Virus record (IMG/VR): IMGVR_UViG_3300046673_000114
Coordinates: 16,484 to 80,483 of that record
Reading direction: 5' to 3' (one strand)
DNA from: a virus
DNA: 64,000 nt
Part shown: positions 9,822-19,263 of the stretch, piece by piece
Layout: the number at the start of each line of letters is the position of its first letter
How positions within the stretch are numbered: the first letter of the stretch is position 1
Translations under genes and position numbers: made by a program
The notes under the pieces: model-generated
What the model was told of the DNA's origin: nothing
The model's database searches: none
Seen by the model: the letters and a program-made list of their open reading frames with translations, nothing else

Positions 9822-10190
9822 ATGGAAGACGTTGTAAAGTGCATAGACGCAAGACTCGACGAACATCAGGAAAATATCTCTCGTATTAGTACTAGCGTCG
9901 AAGACTGCGAAGTTACCATAGGGAAACAAGACGTTCGTATCGACCATCTCGAAGAGGGACTTAACGACGTGAAAGCGCACCTCGACCTACAAGATGAGAC
10001 GACGGACAACCGCTTTAACGAATTAAGCGATAAGATAGATTCAATCCAAGTTAATAACGTACAAGCAGAGTCAAACACGCGAAACGCATTACTCACTAAG
10101 CAAAACGCGTTTTATGTCTCACTAATCCTAGCGCTTATCTCACTCATCGGCTACTTACTCTATAACTCGATAAACATAGCGCATATCTAA
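9822..10190 (+). CDS. Coiled-coil protein with C-terminal TM helix (holin/XhlA-like)
   Basis: Heptad pattern then FYVSLILALISLIGYLLY; lies after the tail genes. Confidence 0.55.
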   Translation: MEDVVKCIDARLDEHQENISRISTSVEDCEVTIGKQDVRIDHLEEGLNDVKAHLDLQDETTDNRFNELSDKIDSIQVNNVQAESNTRNALLTKQNAFYVSLILALISLIGYLLYNSINIAHI

Positions 10191-10238
10191 ATTGGTATTC
10201 GGTGTTAAATTATAAAATAAAAGGTGGTGATAAAAAAA

Positions 10239-10433
10239 ATGGGTATAAAGTTAAGTTTAGGTGGTTCGCTTCCGAGCACGGCCGAGTGGCTTCTAATTAT
10301 CGGTTTTATAGTCGGCGCACTTGGAATTGCCTCGCAGACGTTTTCATTTAGCGGACAAGACAGCGCAATAATCCTATTTGTGGTCGGCGTTCTGACGTTG
10401 CTCGCGAAGACCATTACCTCTACATCTGCTTAA
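10239..10433 (+). CDS. Two-TM small membrane protein, holin candidate
   Basis: GGTGGTGA RBS; two hydrophobic helices; last gene before a pyrimidine/T tract. Confidence 0.55.
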   Translation: MGIKLSLGGSLPSTAEWLLIIGFIVGALGIASQTFSFSGQDSAIILFVVGVLTLLAKTITSTSA

Positions 10434-10454
10434 GCGTTAGACTTCATTCTAACG

Positions 10455-10472
10455 CCCTTCTCTCTTTTTTTT
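10455..10472 (+). terminator. Archaeal-type oligo-T terminator of the tail/lysis operon
   Basis: CCCTTCTCTCTTTTTTTT after the last structural-module gene. Confidence 0.5.
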
Positions 10473-10808
10473 AATACCTACATACTTTAACACATACGTT
10501 ATAGTTACTATGTTTACATATTTTGACATAACTAAACATAATGGGTAGCTACCACGGCCTAATTAACAACTGTTAATCTACAAACCGCTCGGTTTCGCGC
10601 TAAAGTATGTTGCGGAGTATGGTTTCAACGCACTAAATAGGGGGGGGTTAGACGCTTGAAACATAGCTGCAAGCACTTTTCCATTTAGAGCGTGTTATGT
10701 TGTTTATTAAGCTTCTAAACCAATATTAACGCGCCGTTTCGAAATGTGGATAATTGCGTGGTAACGGCCGATTATTTTTCATCATTTTATGCTCTTTTCT
10801 TTATGGTT

Positions 10809-10847
10809 ACATAGTTATATATAGTTAGACATAGTAGTATATACTAG
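10809..10847 (+). promoter_or_regulatory. Conserved TATA promoter TATATAGTTARACAT (other copies at 12157, 17747, 61778)
   Basis: 15-mer at four intergenic sites; the 10809 and 61769 copies match at 27 of 28 bp. Confidence 0.7.
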
Positions 10848-12055
10848 GTCAATTACCCACGCTAAAGCGATGGGCTTGTATCTCCTTCAACTTTTAGGGA
10901 TACAATAGGCTGATTGACGGCAGCCCTCGAAGCGATGTTCTTTGCCGCATTTATATCGGCGTTTTCAGTGTATCCACACGCAACGCAAACAAACTCGCTC
11001 TGTGTCTTGCGGTTCTTCTTGTCAATGTGTCCACACTCTGAACACTGCTTCGACGTGTTTCGCGGGTCGATTAGATGGACGGGAACGCCGTTGAGTTTCG
11101 CTTTGTAGTCTACGAACCATCTCAACTGGCCGAACGCCCACTTACCGAGTCTACCACGCTGTGCCTTTCTAACCGTTGTCCGAGAGCGTATGTGCGTCAA
11201 GTCCTCTAATACAATCGCTCTCTTTGTGTCTTTGGCTATTCCAACAATAACTTTTGAAATACAATGATTGAGATTCGTCTTAAACTTCCGTTCTTTGCCG
11301 CTCGTCCGCTTCAGATGCCGCTTCGCGCTCTTGGTTCCTTTCGACTGAAGTGCTGACTTTAGCTTCGTGTAGCGCGTTCTAACAGCATCGGCCTTATCGC
11401 CACTGAAGTGCTGACCGTCGCTTGTGGTTGCGATATTGACAATTCCCAAGTCTACACCTAAGTAGCCTTCCGCGTTGTATTCTGTCACCCCTTCAACTTC
11501 CACGACCACGCAGAGATAGAACGTTCCCTTTTGAAGTATCAAGTCGGCTTGTCCTCTGACTCGTCGCTGTTCAAGTTGGGCGTAGTCCCCGATTGAGAAC
11601 GGTATGAGCTTTCGACCGTCGAGAGTCAAGATTGAAACCGAATCGAGAGACTTGAACGATAATATTCTTTGGTCATAGACAACAGCGCTGTGTGGTTTGA
11701 ACGTGTGTAGCTCTTGCCGGTGTCCTTTGCCACGGTATGACTCTGAGACTTTGGCTATCGCTCTGACTGCTAACTGTGCCGATAAACCGTAGGTATCTCG
11801 AATATAACGATAATGCTGCTTTTGAAGCGTCCGTTTACCGAATACTCCTTCTTGATAGGAGACTGACGAAACGTAGTTGCACGCTTCGTTGAACCGTTCC
11901 ATTGTGGTTAAGAGGGCAGCATATTGCTCGTCGGTCGGATTGAGCTTTGCTTTAACGGTTAGCAGCATCATAGAATATATGGCTCTATTCTTAGTTAAGT
12001 TTTGTGTTAGACGCGATTCCTCTCAACGCTAAAGCAGTTGAGCTTCCTCGCTCGA
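10848..12055 (-). mobile_element. IS200/IS605-family element, tnpB only (IS1341-like)
   Basis: Subterminal hairpins CCCACGCTAAAGCGATGGG and CTCAACGCTAAAGCAGTTGAG; right end ...GTAATTGAC; TTTAT 5' of the left end. Confidence 0.85.
10862..11971 (-). CDS. tnpB: RNA-guided endonuclease TnpB
   Basis: RuvC motifs GVDLG, LEDL and NADINAA; zinc ribbon CSECG...CVACG. Confidence 0.95.
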   Translation of the reverse strand: MMLLTVKAKLNPTDEQYAALLTTMERFNEACNYVSSVSYQEGVFGKRTLQKQHYRYIRDTYGLSAQLAVRAIAKVSESYRGKGHRQELHTFKPHSAVVYDQRILSFKSLDSVSILTLDGRKLIPFSIGDYAQLEQRRVRGQADLILQKGTFYLCVVVEVEGVTEYNAEGYLGVDLGIVNIATTSDGQHFSGDKADAVRTRYTKLKSALQSKGTKSAKRHLKRTSGKERKFKTNLNHCISKVIVGIAKDTKRAIVLEDLTHIRSRTTVRKAQRGRLGKWAFGQLRWFVDYKAKLNGVPVHLIDPRNTSKQCSECGHIDKKNRKTQSEFVCVACGYTENADINAAKNIASRAAVNQPIVSLKVEGDTSPSL

Positions 12056-12340
12056 ATAAATGTGACGAGCCCGACGGCGACGAAAAGTTAAAACGTCGCC
12101 TTATCTTTCTTTTTCGATTTAAAGCTTAATACGTAACGCATAGTAGCATATAGCTTTATATAGTTAAACATCTATCTATAATATGTCGAAAGACGAGGTG
12201 ACTACAAAAATGCAAGAACGTGAATCCGTTTATCAACGCGCGATGCGCGAGGGCTACAAGCCGTGGAAGGGTTCGAACGCTACGAAGCCTGCAAACTACT
12301 GGTTCGCGCCGAGAGAAGCGAAGAATACAAGGCGTTAAAA

Positions 12341-12871
12341 ATGACCGTATCAGATGAAGAACTACACGTCCGCACGCACGGACGGCTTTTTTACTGTAAA
12401 GCGTGCGGATATAAAGTTATCGCGCTCGAGGACGAAGCGCGCGGTAGTCTCTGTCCGAAGTGTAATAAGAGAAAACTTGTAGTAGAAGACGAAGAGCAGG
12501 CCGAGAAGCAGAAGAAAACGACCGATACGCGGATGAATAAAGCAAAGAAGATGTACAACTCGGGAATGAGGGCATACCCCGCAGCAGAGAATATGTGGTA
12601 TGTTAAGGGAAGTAAAGGAGACGTCTACAGCGTAGCGCGAAAAGGAGACGAAGACTTTTCTTGCACGTGTACCGACTTCACCATTCGCGGCGGTAACTGC
12701 AAACACATTTACTTAGTTAAACTATGTTTACCTATACAAGAATTAGACGGGCTTATTATCCTCCCTAAAAATGAAACAAAAGAGGCTAGAGCCGAATTTG
12801 GCGCAAACGAAGCGATGAGTTTCTATGAGAATAAGAAACTTAAAAAACTACATCACGGAATCGATTGGTGA
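12341..12871 (+). CDS. Zn-ribbon + SWIM zinc-finger protein
   Basis: CKAC...CPKC and YSV...CTCTDF...CKHI; ATG 12341 follows a 42-aa ORF (12210-12338) with a strong RBS. Confidence 0.75.
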   Translation: MTVSDEELHVRTHGRLFYCKACGYKVIALEDEARGSLCPKCNKRKLVVEDEEQAEKQKKTTDTRMNKAKKMYNSGMRAYPAAENMWYVKGSKGDVYSVARKGDEDFSCTCTDFTIRGGNCKHIYLVKLCLPIQELDGLIILPKNETKEARAEFGANEAMSFYENKKLKKLHHGIDW

Positions 12872-12877
12872 GTTAAG

Positions 12878-13420
12878 ATGGATATACGGGCAGAACGAAT
12901 AAAAAATGGATTATGTATGTATTGCGGGGTCGAACCTGCGCGTAAAGGAGTAAAGACTTGCGTAGTATGTTACAATAAATTTAAAGCTACACGCGAATCT
13001 TTAAAATCTAGAGGAATATGTCCTAGATGTCAAAAAAACCCTATAAAAAAGGGGCGCGGCACCTGCGAAGTATGTCTTAAACGGCAATTAGATATACGAA
13101 ACCGTGATGCGAAAAAAGAGAGATACGATTCTCTTTACGGTCTTACTAACGGTCAATTACGCTGTACAAATTGTGGTTTACCATTTTATGAGGTATTACA
13201 AGTACATCATTTAGGAAATAATGGTAAGAAACATAGAGAGAAGATTCATAAAGGTACATCGATACATCGTTTTATTATAAAACAAAACTTCCCAACCGAC
13301 TATCTCGTTCTCTGCTCTAACTGTCACGATTTTTGGCATAAAGAAGGGCAACTTCCAACAAAGGAAGAATTAACTAAACTATATCGTGTAGCTCTAAAAT
13401 TTTGTGAGGCTTCACAATGA
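12878..13420 (+). CDS. HNH-type homing endonuclease (paralog family A)
   Basis: CTNCG...LQVHH..NNG..HR...FP..YLVLCSNCH with Cys-rich N-terminal repeats. Confidence 0.8.
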   Translation: MDIRAERIKNGLCMYCGVEPARKGVKTCVVCYNKFKATRESLKSRGICPRCQKNPIKKGRGTCEVCLKRQLDIRNRDAKKERYDSLYGLTNGQLRCTNCGLPFYEVLQVHHLGNNGKKHREKIHKGTSIHRFIIKQNFPTDYLVLCSNCHDFWHKEGQLPTKEELTKLYRVALKFCEASQ

Positions 13421-13731
13421 CGCGCCTCGATAACTACGAAAAATACCTCACGCTCACGCTTGAAGAGCTAGATAACGCGATACGCGGAACCGATTTCGAG
13501 ATAATATAAGACGACGAGGAAGAAATGGTCTTTCTCTACGATAAGCTAAGATTTCATATAGAGGATATGACGTCTCCTTTAAATTATGATTTAGTCGATA
13601 GCGCTAGACTATGTGTCACGAATCGAGATGATATAGTCCTCGAGAAAGATATTTTAAACCACGCGAGCGCGGACTATTCGCTTGCTCACGTGAAAGGGTT
13701 ATACGAGTTTCTAGAAGTATCGAGGTGGTAA
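13417..13731 (+). pseudogene. Hypothetical gene interrupted by one in-frame TAA (13507-13509)
   Basis: ATG 13417 overlaps the upstream stop and is in frame with the 13525 ORF. Confidence 0.45.
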
Positions 13732-14222
13732 AAATGCCAAAAACTAAAGAATGTAGGTGCAATCCGTATCAACAAGTTCCGAAAGACGCGTATTATTTAA
13801 CGTTATATCACCTCTTTCGTTGCTCTAGATGTGGTGGAAAAAGGGGGTAAACATGCCAGCGTGCGAAGGTTGTAAAACTAAAAAGATTTCTTTAATAGTC
13901 ACACACACAAACGAAGACGGCATAACCACCGGATTCGAGATTAATCCGTGTAACGAACTCGGCTGGAATAAGAAGGATATGGTAAAAGCCGAACGATTAG
14001 CATATTGTATAAAGAGATACCATAAAGGGGTGCGATGAAAAATGACAGAAGATAAAACACAACATATAACGTGGGACTCGTGCGAAACTGTAACTGACGC
14101 GCTTCTATTTAACATATGGAACGCGCTCGAGCGGCTTATCGACGTCGAGAAAGAACGAAATAAGATAATGCAAAATACGACATTCAACGGCGCGATACTC
14201 GTGCAGAAGCGAGGTAACTAGA

Positions 14223-14348
14223 ATGGATAGAACAAGTATAATAATTTCGAAAGACACACGCGAACGGTTAAAACATTTCGCGCGAAAGGATGAAACGTAC
14301 GACGCCGCAATACAACGAATGATTAGTCAATGCGAGGGTGAAAGATGA
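14223..14348 (+). CDS. Small ribbon-helix-helix-like DNA-binding protein
   Basis: MDRTSIIISKDTRERLKHFARKDETYDAAIQRMI; GAGGT RBS. Confidence 0.65.
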   Translation: MDRTSIIISKDTRERLKHFARKDETYDAAIQRMISQCEGER

Positions 14349-15401
14349 GAGTATTTAAGCACTTTAATTCTATAACCGACGCGTCGTGTCCGATATGTAA
14401 CACGAAAGACGATAAGAAAGTCGTTTTAGTGGCGAAATGCGGCACAAAAGAAGGATGTAACGCAGAAGCGGTTCAGGTGCATCTAGATTGTTTAGAGCTA
14501 TGGTACGCGGTTACAGACGAAAATATAAATGTTATATACCAATCGTGGTGATGAAAAATGACTGAAAAGATTAGACCATTTGGGAGACAGCTTTCTACGT
14601 TTTGCGTTCATACTCAAGAAACGACGTTTCGGTATTGCGTAAAAGGTTACGCGAGTACGCCGTTAAAGAGAGAGTGCGAGGAATGTCTTGAGGGTTTAGA
14701 TTTAGTCGATAAAGTGAGGTTACATCAATGAACGTCACTCAGGACGAAGAAGGAAAGAATAAACTAACGTATGAGAGCGACCCCGAAGTCGTAAAAAGAT
14801 GGGTTGATGATATTCTCCTAGAGGATAAAATGTACTACGAAAAAGGTCGGGGCTGCCCCGGTTTAACCGTCGATGAGTTAGCGATTCTTTCTACCGGCAA
14901 AAAGCCGATGTGGTTCTATCAGGAGCTATATAGGCTTATCGATACCGGAAAGTATAGAATCGTGCGAAACGAAGACCACGACGCGGAGTATGATGTGAAA
15001 TGAACTGCGGGGATTGTAAAGGTAATACGAGCTGCGAGGGTCTAAGACCGGCCGGTACGCTAGAACTCTGTAAAGAGTGTAAATGGTTTGTTTCATTCGT
15101 CGGACAACTTGAAGCGAAGCATTGTCAAATCGGCCGCGAGAAAGTAGAGATATATTGTAAAGACTACGTTCCTAAACGATGGGAAAACGAACCATGGGAG
15201 AATGAATAAATGTTAGCGTTTCAGTGTAAATACGATTTAGATGCGCGGTGTAACTTTTCGTTTATTGGTGATAAGAACACACCAACGATTGAAGAGTGTA
15301 AACTATGCGTCGAGATTAGACAGATGAAACTCGAGAAAGAAATACTAGAGTGGTCGAAACAAAAAACAACGGAAGTAGGAGAGTCAATTACCACGCCCTG
15401 A
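14345..15401 (+). other. Run of small, often Cys-rich hypothetical genes (14345-14551, 14728-15003, 15000-15209, 15210-15401)
   Basis: Coupled or overlapping ORFs, several with CxxC motifs; the last is altered by the IS insertion. Confidence 0.55.
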
Positions 15402-16618
15402 CGGACGTGGCTTGTAACTGTGTCAAGAACACGCTACATTCGGCTGATTGACAGGCAGCCTACTCACATTGGATATACCATCATGAGCGATATTGCGAGA
15501 AGCGTTAAGGTCGGCATTGAGCGAGAACCCGCACTTACGGCAGCGGTAGCTAGAGCCATCCCTATTCCTTTTATAGACGTGGCCGCAGTTAGAACACTTC
15601 TGCGATGTGTAACGAGCATCGACAAGCAAAACGTGCTTACCGACGGCTTCTGCTTTATACCGCAGGAACTGTTCAAGCTGGTAGAACGCCCACGAGTTAA
15701 GAAGACCGTTGAACTTTCTACCACGCCGCTTTTGTACCCTAACCTTACTCAAGTCTTCGAGCGCATAGACACCGAAGGGCAACGAGACAAGCTCCTTACT
15801 AATGCAGTGGTTAACGTCAGTCACAAACCGAGTTTCCCGTTTACTCATACGCTTAAGCTTGCGTTTAGCGGAACGGGTGCCTTTGGACTGAAGCTCTGCA
15901 CGAAGGTGTGCATACTTTCCTCGCACGTTCTTGACCTGCTTTCCGTTGAAAAAAGAGTTGTTAGATGTAACAGCGATGTTTTTGATTCCGCGGTCGATAC
16001 CGAGGACTGCACCGTTATTAGCCGCTGGCACATTAGCAGACTCCATCGAGACGTGCATAAAAAAGCCGTTGCGATACGAGATTGTAACGCTTTTCAACAT
16101 CCATCCCAAATACTGCGAATAGCACGACGGAACCGAGAAACACGCTTTAACGCGCCCCGCAACGGTGGCGATGGTAGCAAATCCTTCGTGGACTTTGATA
16201 CGAGCAACTCTGTGGTTATACCGCAGAGCCGAACGCGGTTTCTTTTGGGGCAACGTTTTGCACTTATCCCGTTTCAGCGATTCGCAAGCGCAGTCTCTCG
16301 CACATTGCACGAGCGAAGACGGAAGCGGAGAAGTAGCACGAAATTGGTGATACGTGCCTTTGTGGTTCTCGACTTTATTCCACGAGTGGTTCTCAAAGCC
16401 CCACTGTGCCGAAGCGTTGAACGCTTTGGTGTATTCGTCCATCGTGGTAAGGAGTTTTTGAGTATCCTCATCGGCACAATGCAGCTTAAGCGTAATAGTC
16501 CGTATCACGTTCATATATTAGACACGATAGAAGATAAAGGTTTTGAGTGTATGGAAAAAGTAAAAGGAGGACAGGTACGGTCTTCTCTCCCTGCGATAGC
16601 GGGGAGTCTCCGACCTGA
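15383..16618 (-). mobile_element. IS200/IS605-family element, tnpB only
   Basis: Right end ...CCACGTCCGTCAGGGCGTGGTAATTGAC; left hairpin CTCCCTGCGATAGCGGGGAG; removal restores gene coupling. Confidence 0.85.
15423..16514 (-). CDS. tnpB: RNA-guided endonuclease TnpB
   Basis: GIDRG, LEDL and NADLNAS; CSNCG...CRKCG. Confidence 0.95.
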   Translation of the reverse strand: MNVIRTITLKLHCADEDTQKLLTTMDEYTKAFNASAQWGFENHSWNKVENHKGTYHQFRATSPLPSSLVQCARDCACESLKRDKCKTLPQKKPRSALRYNHRVARIKVHEGFATIATVAGRVKACFSVPSCYSQYLGWMLKSVTISYRNGFFMHVSMESANVPAANNGAVLGIDRGIKNIAVTSNNSFFNGKQVKNVRGKYAHLRAELQSKGTRSAKRKLKRMSKRETRFVTDVNHCISKELVSLPFGVYALEDLSKVRVQKRRGRKFNGLLNSWAFYQLEQFLRYKAEAVGKHVLLVDARYTSQKCSNCGHVYKRNRDGSSYRCRKCGFSLNADLNASRNIAHDGISNVSRLPVNQPNVACS

Positions 16619-16819
16619 ATGGCAATGATAGACATATGTATCCGTTGCCGTGGAAACCGAGGAATACACTTTGTGCGCTCACAATACGGTAAAAAATACC
16701 TATGTGACTCGCAGCATAATAGTTGGTTAGCGTATGAGCGACGACTAGAAGACCTAAACGCCACGTGGCCGAAAGAGCGACTTTCGAGGATTTGCTTATG
16801 TCTCGGCGGTCGGTTTTAA

Positions 16820-17726
16820 GAGGTGAAAAATGACTAAAAAAGAGTTAGACAAACCAAAAAGTGTGGAACCCTATGACCCCACCGAGCAAACAATTCATGC
16901 GGGGGATTGGTGGTACTCAGTCAGTTATATTGCTGAGAATGGAATGGCTGGAGATGGCTGCGAGGATTGTAAGCACCTAAAGGTTCTTGACCCGAACGAC
17001 ACGTGTCATGAAAACTATAATAACCGACCTTCGTTGCCGTGTTACTCATATGAGACAGAAGAATGAGGTGAAAAATGAACTGTGACGAGACATTAGAGAC
17101 TATCAAAGGTTATCTCGATAGTGATTTAGATAGCGAAACTAAAATCGTAGCCATCAAAACCATTTTGCGAGTTTATACGGGAAAAAGAGGTGAAAAATGA
17201 CTAAAGACTATATGGAGTTATATTGGTTTAGTGAGAAAGAAGGAGATTACGGTTGGTGGAGAAAAAAAGAAGCTGGAGAATTTGATGTTAAAAATGAGGT
17301 GAAAAATGACTAATGAACCAATAGCAGTAATAGACGGCAGGGTTGAGATAATCCCGCAGTTCTTTGACGGGGTATGGATATTCGTTATGGCGGAAGAGGT
17401 GAAAAATGACTGATTTAGAACGATTTGAATTATTAAATGAACTCATAGAACGGTTCTCTCGATTCGAGATTCCGGAATCAATAATTTGTAGTGATTTATT
17501 AAATGAACTCATAGAACGGTTCTCTCGATTCGAGATTCCGGAATCAATAATTTGTACTGAGTTACAGGAATTTCCAACAGAAGATTTACTTGCAGAACTA
17601 AAAAGACGAGAGCGAAATAATAAAAGTATGGATGATACGAAAAAAGTGGTTAGGCATATTCCACTATTAGATGAAGTTGAACAAGATGGGGTAACCCTAA
17701 AAAAGAAGAAGAAAAATGAGGTTTAA
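16820..17726 (+). repeat. Five small genes (16830, 17075, 17197, 17306, 17406), each opened by exact GAGGTGAAAAATGA
   Basis: Identical 14-mers at 16820, 17065, 17187, 17296 and 17396. Confidence 0.9.
17430..17556 (+). repeat. In-frame 66-bp-period tandem duplication in ORF 17406..17726
   Basis: 61 identical bp at 17430-17490 and 17496-17556 (LLNELIERFSRFEIPESIIC twice). Confidence 0.95.
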
Positions 17727-17795
17727 TGCTAAACGCACCCTATTATTATATAGTTAAACATAGTATCATATATCAATTACGAGGTGACTTTAAAA

Positions 17796-18665
17796 ATGAT
17801 ACAAAAAAAGTTTTGTTTAATAGGAATTGTACTAGCGGCATTAATGCTCGTGAGTGTGTGCGGCTGTTTAACGCCTCAACCTCAGAGTGTGCCTTTAGCA
17901 CCAGAAAACGTTTCGATTAAGCCAACGACCGTAACTACGCACGTAACGGCGAAAGCGTCGGTTATACCTTCGGTTACGCCATCAGTTGCACCATCGGCGA
18001 CACCATCACCAACGGCTACGCCTACACAGACTACACTTAGCATAAGCGGCCCCACGACGATGATAGAAGGCGGCGGCGGTGTATGGATTGTTTACATTAA
18101 CGGCCAGCTACCAACCGCGTCACAATCAAACCAGATAGTGTGGAATAGCGGCGGTCTGCCCGGCGGCGAAGTTACTGCGACGGGACACCCACTCGGCCCG
18201 AGCGGACCCTACGGTTCGTGGGTTATAGACGCTAACGGCGCTGCAACTACAGCTCAGGGAACGCATACGTTAGTAGCGACGTATCAAGGTGTAAGCGCGT
18301 CTTATACTATTACGCGGCTTCCTAATTCGAATACAGCGACGCCAACGGTAGGCACGGTTCAAACCGGACTAGAGGTTATAATGAGCGCTTCGGGACCGGG
18401 GGGCAATATAATCTACATAAACCAAACAGCTACCGGAACCATAACTATCAATCCCGCAAGTGCTTCAAGTGAGGGTACCCCGACAGCTACAATTGACGGG
18501 AGTGCTTACCCCGCGGTCACCATAACACCATCTAGCATAGGTTCGTGGTCTATTAGTTTTAATCCTAGTGACCTTTCAGTTGGTCAACACGAACTCGTAG
18601 TAGTGTATCCTAGTAATTCACATTACTTATCTTCGGATATGGCCGTAGTGCTTAACGTTGTATAG
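17796..18665 (+). CDS. Putative lipoprotein: Pro/Thr/Ser linker + two Ig-like domains
   Basis: KK + hydrophobic helix + VCGC lipobox-like; LSVGQHELVVVYPSNSHY Ig-like end; own promoter and T tract. Confidence 0.7.
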   Translation: MIQKKFCLIGIVLAALMLVSVCGCLTPQPQSVPLAPENVSIKPTTVTTHVTAKASVIPSVTPSVAPSATPSPTATPTQTTLSISGPTTMIEGGGGVWIVYINGQLPTASQSNQIVWNSGGLPGGEVTATGHPLGPSGPYGSWVIDANGAATTAQGTHTLVATYQGVSASYTITRLPNSNTATPTVGTVQTGLEVIMSASGPGGNIIYINQTATGTITINPASASSEGTPTATIDGSAYPAVTITPSSIGSWSISFNPSDLSVGQHELVVVYPSNSHYLSSDMAVVLNVV

Positions 18666-18949
18666 TATGTGAAATAGCGACACCCTAGCAGCGACCTAAA
18701 CCTCTTTTTTTTGGCTTTCTTTTGTAATACAGCGTCCGCTATAGAAGTGGGACTAATACTCTAGGGTTTTCGTGTCGAAAAGAGTGTTGTAGAAGCGTAG
18801 AAGAATGAAAGACGAGACCCTAGAAAATAACGTGGCGGAAATGGAGGTTGTGGGATGCTACAAATTTATCTCGTCTTTGTTTCTTCTAGGGATTAGCTAA
18901 GCGGCCAAACCCTATAGGTATAGACACAGTGAAACGTTATATAGATTTA

Positions 18950-19260
18950 GTAATGGGTTAACAAGTGTTAAGACGTGAAGGGGGGGAGGGTTACTTTAGG
19001 TTGTAACACTAAAAACGACACCACCCGCTAAATCTCGAAATTGTGTGAAAGAAGAGCATACTATTATTATCTTATTATTATTATTATTATTATTAAATAA
19101 AAATCTTTATTAATATATATACTACAAGCTAAACTAGACCCTAGTCGTCTACCCGTAAGCTGTTAGAACTAAAACTAACCCCCACCCCCTCGCGCAGCGA
19201 ATCTTTAAATACTTGTTTCATTCAAAACAAAATTATATAAGCTAAAGTATCTAACTATTC
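18950..19260. other. Putative replication origin
   Basis: AT-rich (TAT)n core (~19062-19122) between 30-bp G-string inverted repeats 18979-19008 and 19161-19190 (24/30 match), directly upstream of orc1/cdc6. Confidence 0.7.
18958..18971. promoter_or_regulatory. Palindromic site TTAACA-NN-TGTTAA (also at 4781, 10563, 21719, 40295, 46894, 50119)
   Basis: Seven perfect copies; variants at 23764 and 61318. Confidence 0.75.
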
Positions 19261-19263
19261 TCT

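Noticed and set aside
15420-16628. 402-aa plus-strand ORF
   Set aside because: Antisense shadow of tnpB, with no motifs of its own.
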